The notes under the pieces are model-generated. The model did no database searches. It saw only the letters and a list, made by a program, of their open reading frames with translations, and had not been told where the DNA came from. DNA of 64,000 nucleotides from an uncultured Candidatus Saccharibacteria bacterium (lineage in GTDB: Bacteria; Patescibacteriota; Minisyncoccia; Phycocordibacterales; UBA9973), in NCBI GenBank assembly GCA_964404925.1, contig CAYOLW010000001.1, forward strand, positions 105,408 to 169,407. Direction: 5' to 3'. The position numbers and the translations under genes were made by a program. This document shows positions 21,327-31,059 of this stretch, in pieces. Every line of letters starts with the position of its first letter. The stretch's first letter is position 1.

Positions 21327-21558
21327 ATTTTTAGTGTATGCTCAATTCTAAAAAGAAAAAAAGGCGCATCTGGCTTATACAGTTATTGGTATGGGCAGGC
21401 AGGATTGCAAATCCCAAAAAACGTAAAAAAACACAGCAAAACATCATTCAAAAAATCCATCCACCAAAAACAGACTAAAATGCTTATTTCATAAAAACAT
21501 TTTTCACCATAAACCCCCGGACTTAAAACTCCGGGGTGTATTTTTTAGGGTAGTGTGT

Positions 21559-21586
21559 TTGACATTAAAAATTTATCTGCTAATAT
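21559..21586 (+). promoter_or_regulatory. Promoter for the tuf-S10 unit
   Basis: TTGACA-16-TAATAT with extended TG. Confidence 0.65.
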
Positions 21587-21730
21587 GAGTGGCAACTGCA
21601 CTTTCGCAGTTTTTTCGTTGCTAATTTATAAATTATTAATAATTCTTTAGTAATCGAGCCTTAGTAAATTCTCGTATACCAAGTCTCAGTTATTAAAACC
21701 ACCCGACGCCAGAGGCGCGGGAAAAATCAT

Positions 21731-22924
21731 ATGGCAGAAGAATTTAAAAGAGATAAGCCACACGTAAACGTAGGTACCATCGGTCACGTTGACCATGGAA
21801 AGACCACTTTAACTGCGGCTATTTTGAATTGTCTTAATTTGGCAGGTAACACTGTTCGAATGAAGAGTGTTGACCAAATCGACGGTGCTCCAGAAGAAAA
21901 AGCTCGTGGTATCACCATTAACATTTCCCACAACGAGTACGAAACAGCTGCTCGCCACTATGCTCACATTGATGCTCCTGGTCACGCTGACTACATCAAG
22001 AACATGATCACCGGTGCTGCTCAGATGGACGGTGCTATCCTTGTGGTGGCTGCTACTGACGGTGCTATGCCTCAGACTCGTGAACACGTTCTTTTGGCAA
22101 AACAAGTTGGTGTGCCAAAAATCATTGTTTTCCTTAACAAATGTGACATGGTTGACGACAAAGACATGATCGACCTTGTTGAAGAAGAAATCCGTGAACT
22201 CCTTACAAAACAAGGCTTTGATGGTGCAGCTTGCCCGGTTATCCGTGGTTCTGCTCTTAAGGGTCTTGAAGCTTCAGACGCTTCAGATGAATGGGCAAAG
22301 AAGATTCTTGAACTTACAAATGCTCTTGATACTTACATCCCAGTTCCAGAACGCGATACTGCAAAGCCATTCTTGATGCCTGTAGAAGACATCTTCTCAA
22401 TCGAAGGCCGCGGTACAGTTGTTACTGGTAAAATCGAAAGAGGTATCGTAAAGGTTGGTGAAGAAATCGAAATCGTGGGTGTTAAAGCAACTGCGAAGAC
22501 CACTGTTACTGGTATTGAAATGTTCAACAAGAACCTTCAAGAAGGTATGGCTGGAGACAACGCTGGTATATTGCTACGAGGTCTTAAGAAAGACGACATC
22601 ACTCGAGGACAGGTTCTTGCAAAGCCAGGTACTGTTACTCCTCATGATAGCTTTACTGCTGAAGTTTACGTTCTAAAGAAGGAAGAGGGAGGTCGTCACA
22701 CACCATTCTTCAAGGGTTACAAGCCTCAATTCTACATCCGAACCACTGACGTAACTGGAGAAGTTGTACTAGAAGAAGGCACAGAAATGGTTATGCCAGG
22801 AGATACAGTTAAGATAACTGTAACATTGGTTACTCCAGTTGCCCTAGAAGAACAACAGAGATTTGCTATCCGAGAAGGAGGTAAGACTGTAGGTGCTGGT
22901 GTTGTAACAAAGATATTGAAATAA
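21731..22924 (+). CDS. tuf: Elongation factor Tu
   Basis: [25 protein letters not shown]. Confidence 0.99.
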   Translation: MAEEFKRDKPHVNVGTIGHVDHGKTTLTAAILNCLNLAGNTVRMKSVDQIDGAPEEKARGITINISHNEYETAARHYAHIDAPGHADYIKNMITGAAQMDGAILVVAATDGAMPQTREHVLLAKQVGVPKIIVFLNKCDMVDDKDMIDLVEEEIRELLTKQGFDGAACPVIRGSALKGLEASDASDEWAKKILELTNALDTYIPVPERDTAKPFLMPVEDIFSIEGRGTVVTGKIERGIVKVGEEIEIVGVKATAKTTVTGIEMFNKNLQEGMAGDNAGILLRGLKKDDITRGQVLAKPGTVTPHDSFTAEVYVLKKEEGGRHTPFFKGYKPQFYIRTTDVTGEVVLEEGTEMVMPGDTVKITVTLVTPVALEEQQRFAIREGGKTVGAGVVTKILK

Positions 22925-22942
22925 TTATTTTAGATTAAATTC

Positions 22943-23305
22943 ATGGCGAAAGAAGCGACAAATAAAAAGTCCAAGACTGAACCAAAGAAAAAGGACGATC
23001 GTGTGGTGCTACGTATACGAGTGCGAGCTTATGAGAGTAAAATTCTCGACGCATCAGTCAAGCAGATCATTGATACTGCTATTCGTCACGACGCTACTGT
23101 CTTGGGCCCAGTTCCACTACCAACTGAAATTAAGAAATACACTGTGAACCGCGCTTCTTTTGTCTACAAGAACGCTCGTGAACAGTTCGAAATACGAGTC
23201 CACAAAAGACTTATTGACATAGTTAATCCAAATCCAAAAACTGTTGAAGCGCTAACCAATCTTTCTCTCCCTTCAGGAGTTGATATTGATGTAAAGATGC
23301 TCTAG
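22943..23305 (+). CDS. rpsJ: 30S ribosomal protein S10
   Basis: GPVPLPT, REQFE, HKRLIDI. Confidence 0.98.
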   Translation: MAKEATNKKSKTEPKKKDDRVVLRIRVRAYESKILDASVKQIIDTAIRHDATVLGPVPLPTEIKKYTVNRASFVYKNAREQFEIRVHKRLIDIVNPNPKTVEALTNLSLPSGVDIDVKML

Positions 23306-23324
23306 TTTGGAGAATTAGAAAATC

Positions 23325-23933
23325 ATGAAATTCATTCTGGGAACAAAAGAAGAAATGACCGAATACTTTACCGAAGATGGTAAGGTAGTTCCGGTAACGG
23401 TTGTCGTAACTGGTCCGCACATCGTGACTCAGGTCAAGACAAAGGCAAAGGACGGCTACGACGCTGTGCAGGTTGGTTTCGGTACTCGAAATGCTAAAAA
23501 AATTTCCAAGGCTGTAAAAGGTCACCTTAAAGATTTAGGTAGTTTCCGATATTTGCGTGAATTTACAGCAAATAGCGAACACAAAGTTGGAGACACTTTA
23601 AATCCTAGTGAAGTTTTTGCTGCAGGGGAGAAGGTAACAATATCTGGTACCTCAAAAGGTAAAGGATTCCAAGGTGTTGTAAAACGTCATGGTTTTAAAG
23701 GAGGACCTCGAACTCACGGACAGAAACACTCTGAACGAGAACCAGGATCTATTGGTGGCGGTCTCCGTACACACGTACCAAAAGGTATGCGTATGGCTGG
23801 TCGCATGGGTAGTGATCGAATCACAGAAAAGAACAAAGAAATTGTAGCAATTGATACTGAACAAAATGTTATCTTAATTAAGGGTGCGCTACCAGGTCGC
23901 CGCGGAACCCTGCTTGAAATCTGCGCAAAATAA
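23325..23933 (+). CDS. rplC: 50S ribosomal protein L3
   Basis: DGYDAVQ, KGKGFQG, RMAGRMG. Confidence 0.98.
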   Translation: MKFILGTKEEMTEYFTEDGKVVPVTVVVTGPHIVTQVKTKAKDGYDAVQVGFGTRNAKKISKAVKGHLKDLGSFRYLREFTANSEHKVGDTLNPSEVFAAGEKVTISGTSKGKGFQGVVKRHGFKGGPRTHGQKHSEREPGSIGGGLRTHVPKGMRMAGRMGSDRITEKNKEIVAIDTEQNVILIKGALPGRRGTLLEICAK

Positions 23934-23934
23934 A

Positions 23935-24597
23935 ATGGAAGCAAAAATCTACAATCAAAAAGGTGAAGTGGCTGGTAGTATTAAATTACCTGAAAGAGTT
24001 TTCGCTGCAAAGTGGCGCTCTGACTTAGTACACCAGGTAGTCGAAGGCATGCGTTCAAACAAGCGTGCTGGAACAGCTGACACTAAAGACCGAGGTGAGG
24101 TTTCTGGTGGTGGTAAAAAGCCTTGGAAACAAAAAGGAACTGGACGAGCACGACATGGATCTACTAGAAGTCCAATCTGGGTTGGTGGTGGTGTGGCACA
24201 CGGTCCTTTGTCTGACAAAAACTACAAGAAAAAGATATCTAAGAAAATGCGTGCACAAGCTTTGTTCTCAGTACTTTCTCGCAAGTTCAAAGAAGGTGAA
24301 ATACTATTCGTTGATAAACTTGCAGGAGCTAAAATCAAAACTAAGGATGCTATCATTGTGACTGAAAAACTAGGCAAGGCATCAGGTTGGAACGACTTAG
24401 CTAAGGCTAAGAAGGCAAAGGCACTTATGGCCTTAGATGGACGCAACGAAATTGCTGAGAAGAGTTACCGCAATATCCCTGCATTTGATATAGTCTTCCT
24501 GAAGAATTTGAACCCACTTGAAGTTTTGAATCATAAATATTTAATAATCGAAAATCCAGAAGAATCAATTAAATTCTTGGATACTCGAGGAATATAA
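23935..24597 (+). CDS. rplD: 50S ribosomal protein L4
   Basis: GGGKKPWKQKGTGRARHG; start trimmed to ATG 23935. Confidence 0.98.
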   Translation: MEAKIYNQKGEVAGSIKLPERVFAAKWRSDLVHQVVEGMRSNKRAGTADTKDRGEVSGGGKKPWKQKGTGRARHGSTRSPIWVGGGVAHGPLSDKNYKKKISKKMRAQALFSVLSRKFKEGEILFVDKLAGAKIKTKDAIIVTEKLGKASGWNDLAKAKKAKALMALDGRNEIAEKSYRNIPAFDIVFLKNLNPLEVLNHKYLIIENPEESIKFLDTRGI

Positions 24598-24602
24598 AAA
24601 TT

Positions 24603-24920
24603 ATGGCTAAAGAAAAGAAAACAAAAGAAAAAAAAGAAGCAAAGAAAGAGCTATCAAAGCCAATCATTTCTCCTCGAGTTACTGAAAAAGCTTCAATGTT
24701 AGCAGAAGGTAATATATATACTTTTAATGTTGAAAAGGGTGCTACTAAAAATGAAGTGGCTAAAGCAATTTTTGCTTCATTTAAAGTAAAGCCAGTCCGA
24801 GTAAATATATTAGCTATTGAAAAGAAAACTGTTCGTTTCCGAGGTAGACCAGGAGTTCGTGGAGGAGGTCGCAAAGCTCTGGTTTATTTGAAAAAAGGAG
24901 ATAAAATCGAATTTGTATAA
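24603..24920 (+). CDS. rplW: 50S ribosomal protein L23
   Basis: PRVTEKA, ATKNEV, KALVYL. Confidence 0.96.
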   Translation: MAKEKKTKEKKEAKKELSKPIISPRVTEKASMLAEGNIYTFNVEKGATKNEVAKAIFASFKVKPVRVNILAIEKKTVRFRGRPGVRGGGRKALVYLKKGDKIEFV

Positions 24921-24929
24921 TACAAGACC

Positions 24930-25778
24930 ATGAAGAAATATAAACCAACAAGTAAATCTCGTCGAAACATGACTACCGTGACATATCGCGGAGTCATCAC
25001 TACATCAACCCCAGAAAAGTCCCTTACCTATGGTAGGAAGCGATCTGTCGGACGTAACAGCTTTGGCCGTATTACTACACGCCACAAGGGTTCTGGACAC
25101 AAGAAACTATATCGTGCTGTAGACTTTTTATACGACAAGAAAAACATTCCAGCTAAAATAAAAAGTGTTGAGTATGATCCAAACCGAACTGCTTTTATCG
25201 GATTAGCTGTTTACCAAGATGGAGAAAAGAGGTATGCAATAGTACCAAAATCAGTTAAACCAGGTGATACATTTATCGTTTCTGAGAAAGCTGATTTGAA
25301 TCCTGGAAATCGAATGATGTTGAAAAACATCCCAGTTGGTACATTTGTATACAACATCGAACTTAAACCGAATGGTGGTGCCAAAATAGCCCGATCTGCT
25401 GGTATTGCAGCTCAGGTGGTAGCTAATGCTGACGGTTACACTAATTTAAAAATGCCTTCTACCGAAGTTCGTAAGGTAAGTGAAAACTGCTACGCATCTA
25501 TCGGTAATGTATCAAACGAAGAACATCACCTTGAGAACCTTGGTAAAGCTGGACGCAGTCGCTGGAAAGGTATCCGCCCAACAGTTCGTGGTACTGCCAT
25601 GAACCCAGTTGACCACCCATATGGTGGTGGTGAAGGACGACAAGGCCGAGGTACCAAGCGACCGAAGACTCTATGGGGTAAAGTAACTGGTGGACGCAAG
25701 ACCAGAACTCCAAAGAAATACTCAAATGTATTTATCGTATCTCGAAGAAAGGTTGGGAAAGGAAAAAAATCAAAATAA
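24930..25778 (+). CDS. rplB: 50S ribosomal protein L2
   Basis: EYDPNR, RGTAMNPVDHPYGGGEG. Confidence 0.99.
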   Translation: MKKYKPTSKSRRNMTTVTYRGVITTSTPEKSLTYGRKRSVGRNSFGRITTRHKGSGHKKLYRAVDFLYDKKNIPAKIKSVEYDPNRTAFIGLAVYQDGEKRYAIVPKSVKPGDTFIVSEKADLNPGNRMMLKNIPVGTFVYNIELKPNGGAKIARSAGIAAQVVANADGYTNLKMPSTEVRKVSENCYASIGNVSNEEHHLENLGKAGRSRWKGIRPTVRGTAMNPVDHPYGGGEGRQGRGTKRPKTLWGKVTGGRKTRTPKKYSNVFIVSRRKVGKGKKSK

Positions 25779-25820
25779 ATAACAATAAAAAATCCCCGAA
25801 AGGGGATTTTTTATTGTTAT
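25779..25820 (+). terminator. Intrinsic terminator inside the S10 cluster
   Basis: ataacaataaaaaatcccc-gaaa-ggggattttttattgttat. Confidence 0.85.
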
Positions 25821-25823
25821 CAT

Positions 25824-25851
25824 TTGACATTGATAAAAAATCTGCTAGTAT
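25824..25851 (+). promoter_or_regulatory. Internal promoter upstream of rpsS
   Basis: TTGACA-16-TAGTAT with extended TG. Confidence 0.7.
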
Positions 25852-25923
25852 AGGCAAAAGCTCGGTTAGAGCTTTTTGTTTATCAGTTTTTCTATTACAA
25901 AGGCTGATAACATTAAATAATTT

Positions 25924-26280
25924 ATGACAAGATCAGTTAAAAAAGGACCATACGTAGACGAGAGAGTACTCAAGAAAGTACTAGGCAAAAGCCCGCTTCA
26001 AACCCCACCAATTAAGACTTGGATTCGAGCATGTGTTATATCTCCAGAAATGGTAGGTTTCACTTTTGCTGTTTATAACGGCAAGAATTTTATTGAGGTA
26101 CTAGTAAACGAAGACATGATTGGACACAGACTAGGTGAATTCTCTCCAACCAAGAAGTTTATTAAGCACGGAGGTAAAATGCAGAAAGAATTAGAAGCCA
26201 AGAAGAAAGAGACTGAAATAGCTCAGGCTAAGGCTGCAACTGCGGCTACCACCGGAGCAGCTGGTGCCAAAAAGAAATAA
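25924..26280 (+). CDS. rpsS: 30S ribosomal protein S19 with Ala/Lys-rich C-terminal tail
   Basis: [19 protein letters not shown]. Confidence 0.98.
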   Translation: MTRSVKKGPYVDERVLKKVLGKSPLQTPPIKTWIRACVISPEMVGFTFAVYNGKNFIEVLVNEDMIGHRLGEFSPTKKFIKHGGKMQKELEAKKKETEIAQAKAATAATTGAAGAKKK

Positions 26281-26308
26281 TCTCAGAGTTTACCAATAAT
26301 TAACAATC

Positions 26309-26716
26309 ATGAAAGCATTTTTAAAAAATTACAGACAATCACCACGTAAAGTACGCTTAGTTGCAACACTAGTAAAAGGCAAGCCTGTTGCTGATGCTTT
26401 GATTTCTTTGCAAATGCTTACTAAAAGAGCAAGTACTCCTTTGCACAAATTACTACTATCTGCTGTAGCTAACGCTAAGTCACAAGGCCTTGATGTAGAA
26501 AATCTATTCATTAAAGAATTTTCAGTTGACAAAGGAATAGTTATGAAACGCATGATGCCGAGAGCTATGGGCCGTGGTGCTAGAATCAACAAAAGAACTA
26601 GCCACGTTACCGTTGTGTTAGGGGAGCGTGCCGTAAAAACAAAAAAAGTAAAAGCAGAAAAAGCCCCAAAGTCGAAAGTTGTAACCAAAAAGCCAAAAGC
26701 AAAAGCTAATAAATAA
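26309..26716 (+). CDS. rplV: 50S ribosomal protein L22
   Basis: SPRKVRLVA, SAVANA, KRTSH. Confidence 0.98.
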   Translation: MKAFLKNYRQSPRKVRLVATLVKGKPVADALISLQMLTKRASTPLHKLLLSAVANAKSQGLDVENLFIKEFSVDKGIVMKRMMPRAMGRGARINKRTSHVTVVLGERAVKTKKVKAEKAPKSKVVTKKPKAKANK

Positions 26717-26717
26717 T

Positions 26718-27383
26718 ATGTCTAAAATCGTTCATCCTTATGCACACAGATTGGTAATCCTAAGAGACTGGAAAAGTCGCTGGTTTGCTGACCCAAAGAA
26801 ATACCCAACCTATTTAAAGGCTGATGTATTACTACGAGAATGGCTAGAAAAGAAACTACGAGGTTTGTACGTATCTTCTATCGAAATCGAACGAAATCGT
26901 AAGATGACACGTTATATCCTAAAGACTTCACGACCAGGTCTTCTAATCGGAAGATCAGGTGAGGGCGCAACTAAACTCAAAGAAGAAATTGTAAAAAAGA
27001 TGGCAAAGCTTGGACTACCTAAGATTGAAGATTTTAAGCTTGAAGTAGTAGAAGTAACCAACCCTGAATCTGATGCATCTATCGTTGCTTATATGATTGC
27101 TGAAGGTTTAGAAAAAAGAATTACCTACCGACGTGTTATGAAACAAACTGTAGAGAAGGTGATGGCTGCTCCAGGAGTACAAGGAGTACGTATAGTTCTA
27201 TCAGGACGTCTAGGTGGTGCTGAAATTGCTCGAACCGAAGAATTGAAGCGTGGTTCTATCCCTCTTCAGACTTTCCGTGCAGATATCGATTTCAAGCGTG
27301 AAAGAGCAACCCTTTCCTACGGTACCATTGGTATCAAGGTTTGGATTTATCGAGGTAAAATCTTTGCTAAAAAAGAAGCATAA
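26718..27383 (+). CDS. rpsC: 30S ribosomal protein S3
   Basis: WKSRWFA, SGRLGGAEIAR, GIKVWI. Confidence 0.98.
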   Translation: MSKIVHPYAHRLVILRDWKSRWFADPKKYPTYLKADVLLREWLEKKLRGLYVSSIEIERNRKMTRYILKTSRPGLLIGRSGEGATKLKEEIVKKMAKLGLPKIEDFKLEVVEVTNPESDASIVAYMIAEGLEKRITYRRVMKQTVEKVMAAPGVQGVRIVLSGRLGGAEIARTEELKRGSIPLQTFRADIDFKRERATLSYGTIGIKVWIYRGKIFAKKEA

Positions 27384-27392
27384 TAAAATCCC

Positions 27393-27818
27393 ATGTTAAT
27401 ACCTAAAAAAGTAAAATTCAGAAAGTGGCAGTCTGGCAGGTCCAAGAACAAGCTAACGACTCCAGAGACCCGAGGAACTAAAATTTCTTTTGGATCTTTT
27501 GGATTGAAAGCTGAATCTGGTGCTCGTGTTAAATCTAATCAGATTGAGTCTGCACGTAAGGCTATGTCTCGACAGTTAACTAAAACTGGTAAGTATTGGA
27601 TTCGCATTTTCCCTGATCGACCTTATACTCAGAAAGCTGCACAGGTAGGTATGGGTAAGGGTAAAGGTGATCCACAAGGATATGTTTTTGAAGTACAACC
27701 TGGACGCGTTATTTTTGAAGTAGATGGCGTAGACGAATCAGTTGCTCGCGAAGCATTGCGCAAAGCAGGCAGCAAGTTACCAGTTAAGACTCGAGTTGTT
27801 GCTCGCGCTAATAAATAA
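27393..27818 (+). CDS. rplP: 50S ribosomal protein L16
   Basis: QIESAR, WIRIFPD, MGKGKG. Confidence 0.98.
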   Translation: MLIPKKVKFRKWQSGRSKNKLTTPETRGTKISFGSFGLKAESGARVKSNQIESARKAMSRQLTKTGKYWIRIFPDRPYTQKAAQVGMGKGKGDPQGYVFEVQPGRVIFEVDGVDESVAREALRKAGSKLPVKTRVVARANK

Positions 27819-27823
27819 TTTAT

Positions 27824-28084
27824 ATGCCAAAGAAGAAAGTTGAAAAAAAAGAAGTTAGTGTAAAGGGTACTCTAGAAGGAACTGTGTTTTCTGCTAAAAT
27901 GCAGAAAACAATCGTTGTAGAAGTATCCAGATTCGTGAAGCATCCAAAATACGGAAAGTACTACAAAATCAGCAAGAAATATAAGGTGCACGATGAAAAT
28001 AATAAATTCAAGGTTGGTGACAAAGTTTCCATTGTTCCAACTCGCCCGATTTCAAAAGATAAAAAGTTTAAAGTTTTAGATTAA
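27824..28084 (+). CDS. rpsQ: 30S ribosomal protein S17
   Basis: KMQKT, HPKYGK, RPISKDK. Confidence 0.97.
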   Translation: MPKKKVEKKEVSVKGTLEGTVFSAKMQKTIVVEVSRFVKHPKYGKYYKISKKYKVHDENNKFKVGDKVSIVPTRPISKDKKFKVLD

Positions 28085-28088
28085 TAAC

Positions 28089-28460
28089 ATGATACAACAC
28101 GGAACATTAGTAAAAATAGCAGATAACTCAGGTGGAACATTGGCCCAGGTTTTCAAGGTCCTTGGTTCTTCCAAGAAGCGTTATGCATCAATCGGTGAGA
28201 AGGTTATTATTGCTGTAAAAGTTGCAACTCCTCGCAAGGCAGTAAAGAAGAAGGATGTGCATCAAGCTGTGGTAGTAAGGACTCGTCAGGCATATCGCCG
28301 ACGCGATGGTTCATATATTCGTTTTGATGACAATGCGGTGGTAATACTCGAAAAAGGTAAACTTGACCCTAAGGCAGGACGTGTATTCGGACCAATGCCT
28401 CGAGAACTTTCTGAAATGGGTTACCAGAAAATTATTTCTCTAGCTCCAGAAGTTATTTAA
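28089..28460 (+). CDS. rplN: 50S ribosomal protein L14
   Basis: ADNSG, RFDDNA, SLAPEV. Confidence 0.98.
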   Translation: MIQHGTLVKIADNSGGTLAQVFKVLGSSKKRYASIGEKVIIAVKVATPRKAVKKKDVHQAVVVRTRQAYRRRDGSYIRFDDNAVVILEKGKLDPKAGRVFGPMPRELSEMGYQKIISLAPEVI

Positions 28461-28475
28461 TTTCAATTCAAAATC

Positions 28476-28781
28476 ATGAAACTAAAAAAAGGAGACAATG
28501 TAATAGTGATAGCTGGTCGCGATAATGGCAAAAAGGGAACAATCGCACGAGTTTTATCCAAAGAAAATAAAGTTGTAATCGAAGGTATCAACTTGGTCAA
28601 GAAGCATCAGAAACCACGAAAAGGAGGTGAGAAGGGCAGTACTATTACTATAGCTATGCCTATCAATGCTTCTAATGTAATGGCACTTGATCCAAAAGGA
28701 GGAAAACGTACACGAGTAGGTTATAAGACTGTTGGCGATAAAAAGGTTCGAATCGCCCGAAAAAGCGGACAGGAAATTTAA
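28476..28781 (+). CDS. rplX: 50S ribosomal protein L24
   Basis: KKGDNVIVIAG, EGIN, SNV. Confidence 0.98.
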   Translation: MKLKKGDNVIVIAGRDNGKKGTIARVLSKENKVVIEGINLVKKHQKPRKGGEKGSTITIAMPINASNVMALDPKGGKRTRVGYKTVGDKKVRIARKSGQEI

Positions 28782-28790
28782 GCTAAAAAT

Positions 28791-29351
28791 ATGGCATACA
28801 AAACTGTAAAAGAAAAAGAACAAATGGCGTACGAAGTGTTGAAAGGCACTTTTGGCTACAAGAACAAAATGGCAGCACCTCGATTGTCCAAGGTTGTTGT
28901 AAACGTTGGTACTGGTACCTACATGAAAAAGGACAAGAATAAGAATACCGACATCGCAGCTCGCTTGGCCAAAATAACCGGACAAAAGCCAGCTTTGCGT
29001 GGAGCCAAGAAATCTATTGCTACCTTCAAAATTCGCCAGGGTGACCCTGTAGGTATAACTATTACTCTACGTGGTTCTCGCATGTATGGATTCTTGGAGA
29101 AGCTTTTCAATGTGGCATTACCTCGAACTAAAGACTTCCGTGGAGTGAACAAATCAGGAGTTGATAATATTGGTAATTTCACAATGGGTATCAAAGAACA
29201 CACAATTTTCCCAGAAACTGCTGATGAAGATATCAAAGACGTTTTCGGTCTTGCTATCACTATTGTATCTACCGCTAAAAATAAAAAAGAAGCTACAAAT
29301 TTCTTTGAACTCCTTGGTGTTCCGTTTAAAAAAGAAGAAGGAAAGAGATAG
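28791..29351 (+). CDS. rplE: 50S ribosomal protein L5
   Basis: ITGQKP, LPRTKDFRG, IFPE. Confidence 0.98.
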   Translation: MAYKTVKEKEQMAYEVLKGTFGYKNKMAAPRLSKVVVNVGTGTYMKKDKNKNTDIAARLAKITGQKPALRGAKKSIATFKIRQGDPVGITITLRGSRMYGFLEKLFNVALPRTKDFRGVNKSGVDNIGNFTMGIKEHTIFPETADEDIKDVFGLAITIVSTAKNKKEATNFFELLGVPFKKEEGKR

Positions 29352-29355
29352 TTTT

Positions 29356-29410
29356 ATCCGCACACTTATTTTACTGAGACTCTCGGTGTTAGTAAAATAA
29401 GTGTGCGGAT
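29356..29410. repeat. 20-bp perfect inverted repeat after rplE
   Basis: atccgcacacttattttact / agtaaaataagtgtgcggat. Confidence 0.8.
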
Positions 29411-29557
29411 TGACATTATAAAAGTTTTTAGTTAGTATGGGGCGCAGGGTAGGAGGTTTGGATTGAATCCGCTTTTCTCCTTAAGTCTTTATAGATTTAA
29501 GAAAAGAAGCGAGATATTCCCAAGCAAAGTACCCAGATTATTTTTTAATATTTATTT
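29410..29557 (+). promoter_or_regulatory. Internal promoter and structured leader of the rpsN-rpsH unit
   Basis: TTGACA(29410)-17-TAGTAT(29433); nested stems gggta/taccc, cgctt/aagcg, cttaagtct/agatttaag. Confidence 0.6.
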
Positions 29558-29743
29558 ATGGCAAAAACATCAGTCATAGCACGATCACAAAAGAAACCGA
29601 AATTTAGTACACGAGCTAAGAATCGTTGTTTTCGTTGCGGACGCGGTAAGGCATTTATGAGAGATTTCGATTTGTGTCGTATCTGTTTCCGTGAATTAGC
29701 CAATGAAGGCAATTTGCCTGGCGTTAGGAAGTCAAGTTGGTAA
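29558..29743 (+). CDS. rpsN: 30S ribosomal protein S14, type Z (zinc-binding)
   Basis: 61 aa; CFRC...CRIC; PGVRKSSW. Confidence 0.98.
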   Translation: MAKTSVIARSQKKPKFSTRAKNRCFRCGRGKAFMRDFDLCRICFRELANEGNLPGVRKSSW

Positions 29744-29768
29744 ATCTACTATTCAATAGAAAAAACAT

Positions 29769-30158
29769 ATGGATCAAATAGCAAACATGATAATAGCCAT
29801 CAAGAATGCCAGCCTAAGAGGCAAGACTGATGTTTCTGTACCTTACTCAAAACTGAAGGAGGCAATAGCTGCTTGCTTGGTGAAAGAAGGTTACTTAACT
29901 TCTGCAACTAAAAAAGTAAAGAAAGGCAAGAACGAATTGGAATTAGGTTTAGTTTATTCTGAAGCTGGTAAGCCAAAAGTAGCCAACGTAGAACGTATTT
30001 CCAAGCAGTCACGACGAGTTTATTTCGGTACAAAAGACATTAACAAGGTTCGTGGTGGCACAGGTCTTTTGGTTCTTTCAACACCAAAAGGTATCCTAAG
30101 TGGCGCCAACGCACGTCGCGAACAAGTTGGTGGAGAAGCATTATTCAAAATTTGGTAA
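29769..30158 (+). CDS. rpsH: 30S ribosomal protein S8
   Basis: DQIANM, EGY, STPKG, VGGE. Confidence 0.97.
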   Translation: MDQIANMIIAIKNASLRGKTDVSVPYSKLKEAIAACLVKEGYLTSATKKVKKGKNELELGLVYSEAGKPKVANVERISKQSRRVYFGTKDINKVRGGTGLLVLSTPKGILSGANARREQVGGEALFKIW

Positions 30159-30164
30159 AATATC

Positions 30165-30698
30165 ATGTCAAGAATAGGAAAAAAAGAAATTTTAATACCA
30201 AAGACAGTCAAGATCACTTTTGATTCTGGCGTTATGACTGTAACCGGTTCAAAAGGTGCAGTGAAGAAAATCTTCCGAGATGATATTGCTATCACTATGG
30301 ACGGAGACAAGGTGGTTTTAACTCCAAAGCGTAACGATAAATTTTCAAAAGCTTTGTGGGGTACTTACGCTTCTCATATCATGAATATGATCACTGGCGT
30401 AGAAACACCATATCAAAAGAAATTAATTTTAGAAGGTGTCGGATTTAAATCAGAAGTAAAAGGCAAGGACTTGAATCTAGCTTTAGGTTTCTCTCACCCT
30501 GTTATAGTTGCTATCCCAGAAGGACTTACTGTTACAGCTGAAAAGAACTTGATAACTGTTACTGGTATCGACAAAGAATTAGTTGGTTCATTTACTGCTG
30601 CACTCAGAGCTCGCAAGAAGCCAGAACCATATAAGGGTAAAGGTTTCCGTTACGATGATGAGGTTATTCGTCGCAAGCAGGGTAAGAAAACTGCATAA
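30165..30698 (+). CDS. rplF: 50S ribosomal protein L6
   Basis: MSRIGK, LGFSHP, PEPYKGKG. Confidence 0.98.
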   Translation: MSRIGKKEILIPKTVKITFDSGVMTVTGSKGAVKKIFRDDIAITMDGDKVVLTPKRNDKFSKALWGTYASHIMNMITGVETPYQKKLILEGVGFKSEVKGKDLNLALGFSHPVIVAIPEGLTVTAEKNLITVTGIDKELVGSFTAALRARKKPEPYKGKGFRYDDEVIRRKQGKKTA

Positions 30699-30708
30699 TT
30701 AAAAAGCC

Positions 30709-31050
30709 ATGCAAAACAAACAAGATAAAAGAATAAGACTAAAGAAAAAAATTCGATCTAAGATTAATGTATCTGGACTCCGATTACGTCTTTCAGTTTT
30801 CCGATCAAACAAATTTATTTATGCACAGATTATTGATGACCAAAAGGGTGTTACTTTGGTTTCTGCAAATGACGTAAAGGCAAGTACTGGTACTAAACTA
30901 GAAAGAGCCAAAATGGTAGGCAAGACTATAGCTGAAGCTGCTTTAGCAAAAAAGATAAACGAAGTTGTTTTTGATCGTAATGGTTTTAAATACACAGGCC
31001 GAGTAAAATTAGTAGCCGAAGCAGCTCGCGAGGCAGGATTAAAATTTTAA
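30709..31050 (+). CDS. rplR: 50S ribosomal protein L18
   Basis: RLSVFRSNK, VVFDRNG, AREAGLKF. Confidence 0.98.
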   Translation: MQNKQDKRIRLKKKIRSKINVSGLRLRLSVFRSNKFIYAQIIDDQKGVTLVSANDVKASTGTKLERAKMVGKTIAEAALAKKINEVVFDRNGFKYTGRVKLVAEAAREAGLKF

Positions 31051-31059
31051 TAAGAAATT

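Noticed and set aside
21338-21478. 46-codon Lys-rich ORF before the tuf promoter
   Set aside because: Low-complexity A-rich sequence with no independent support.
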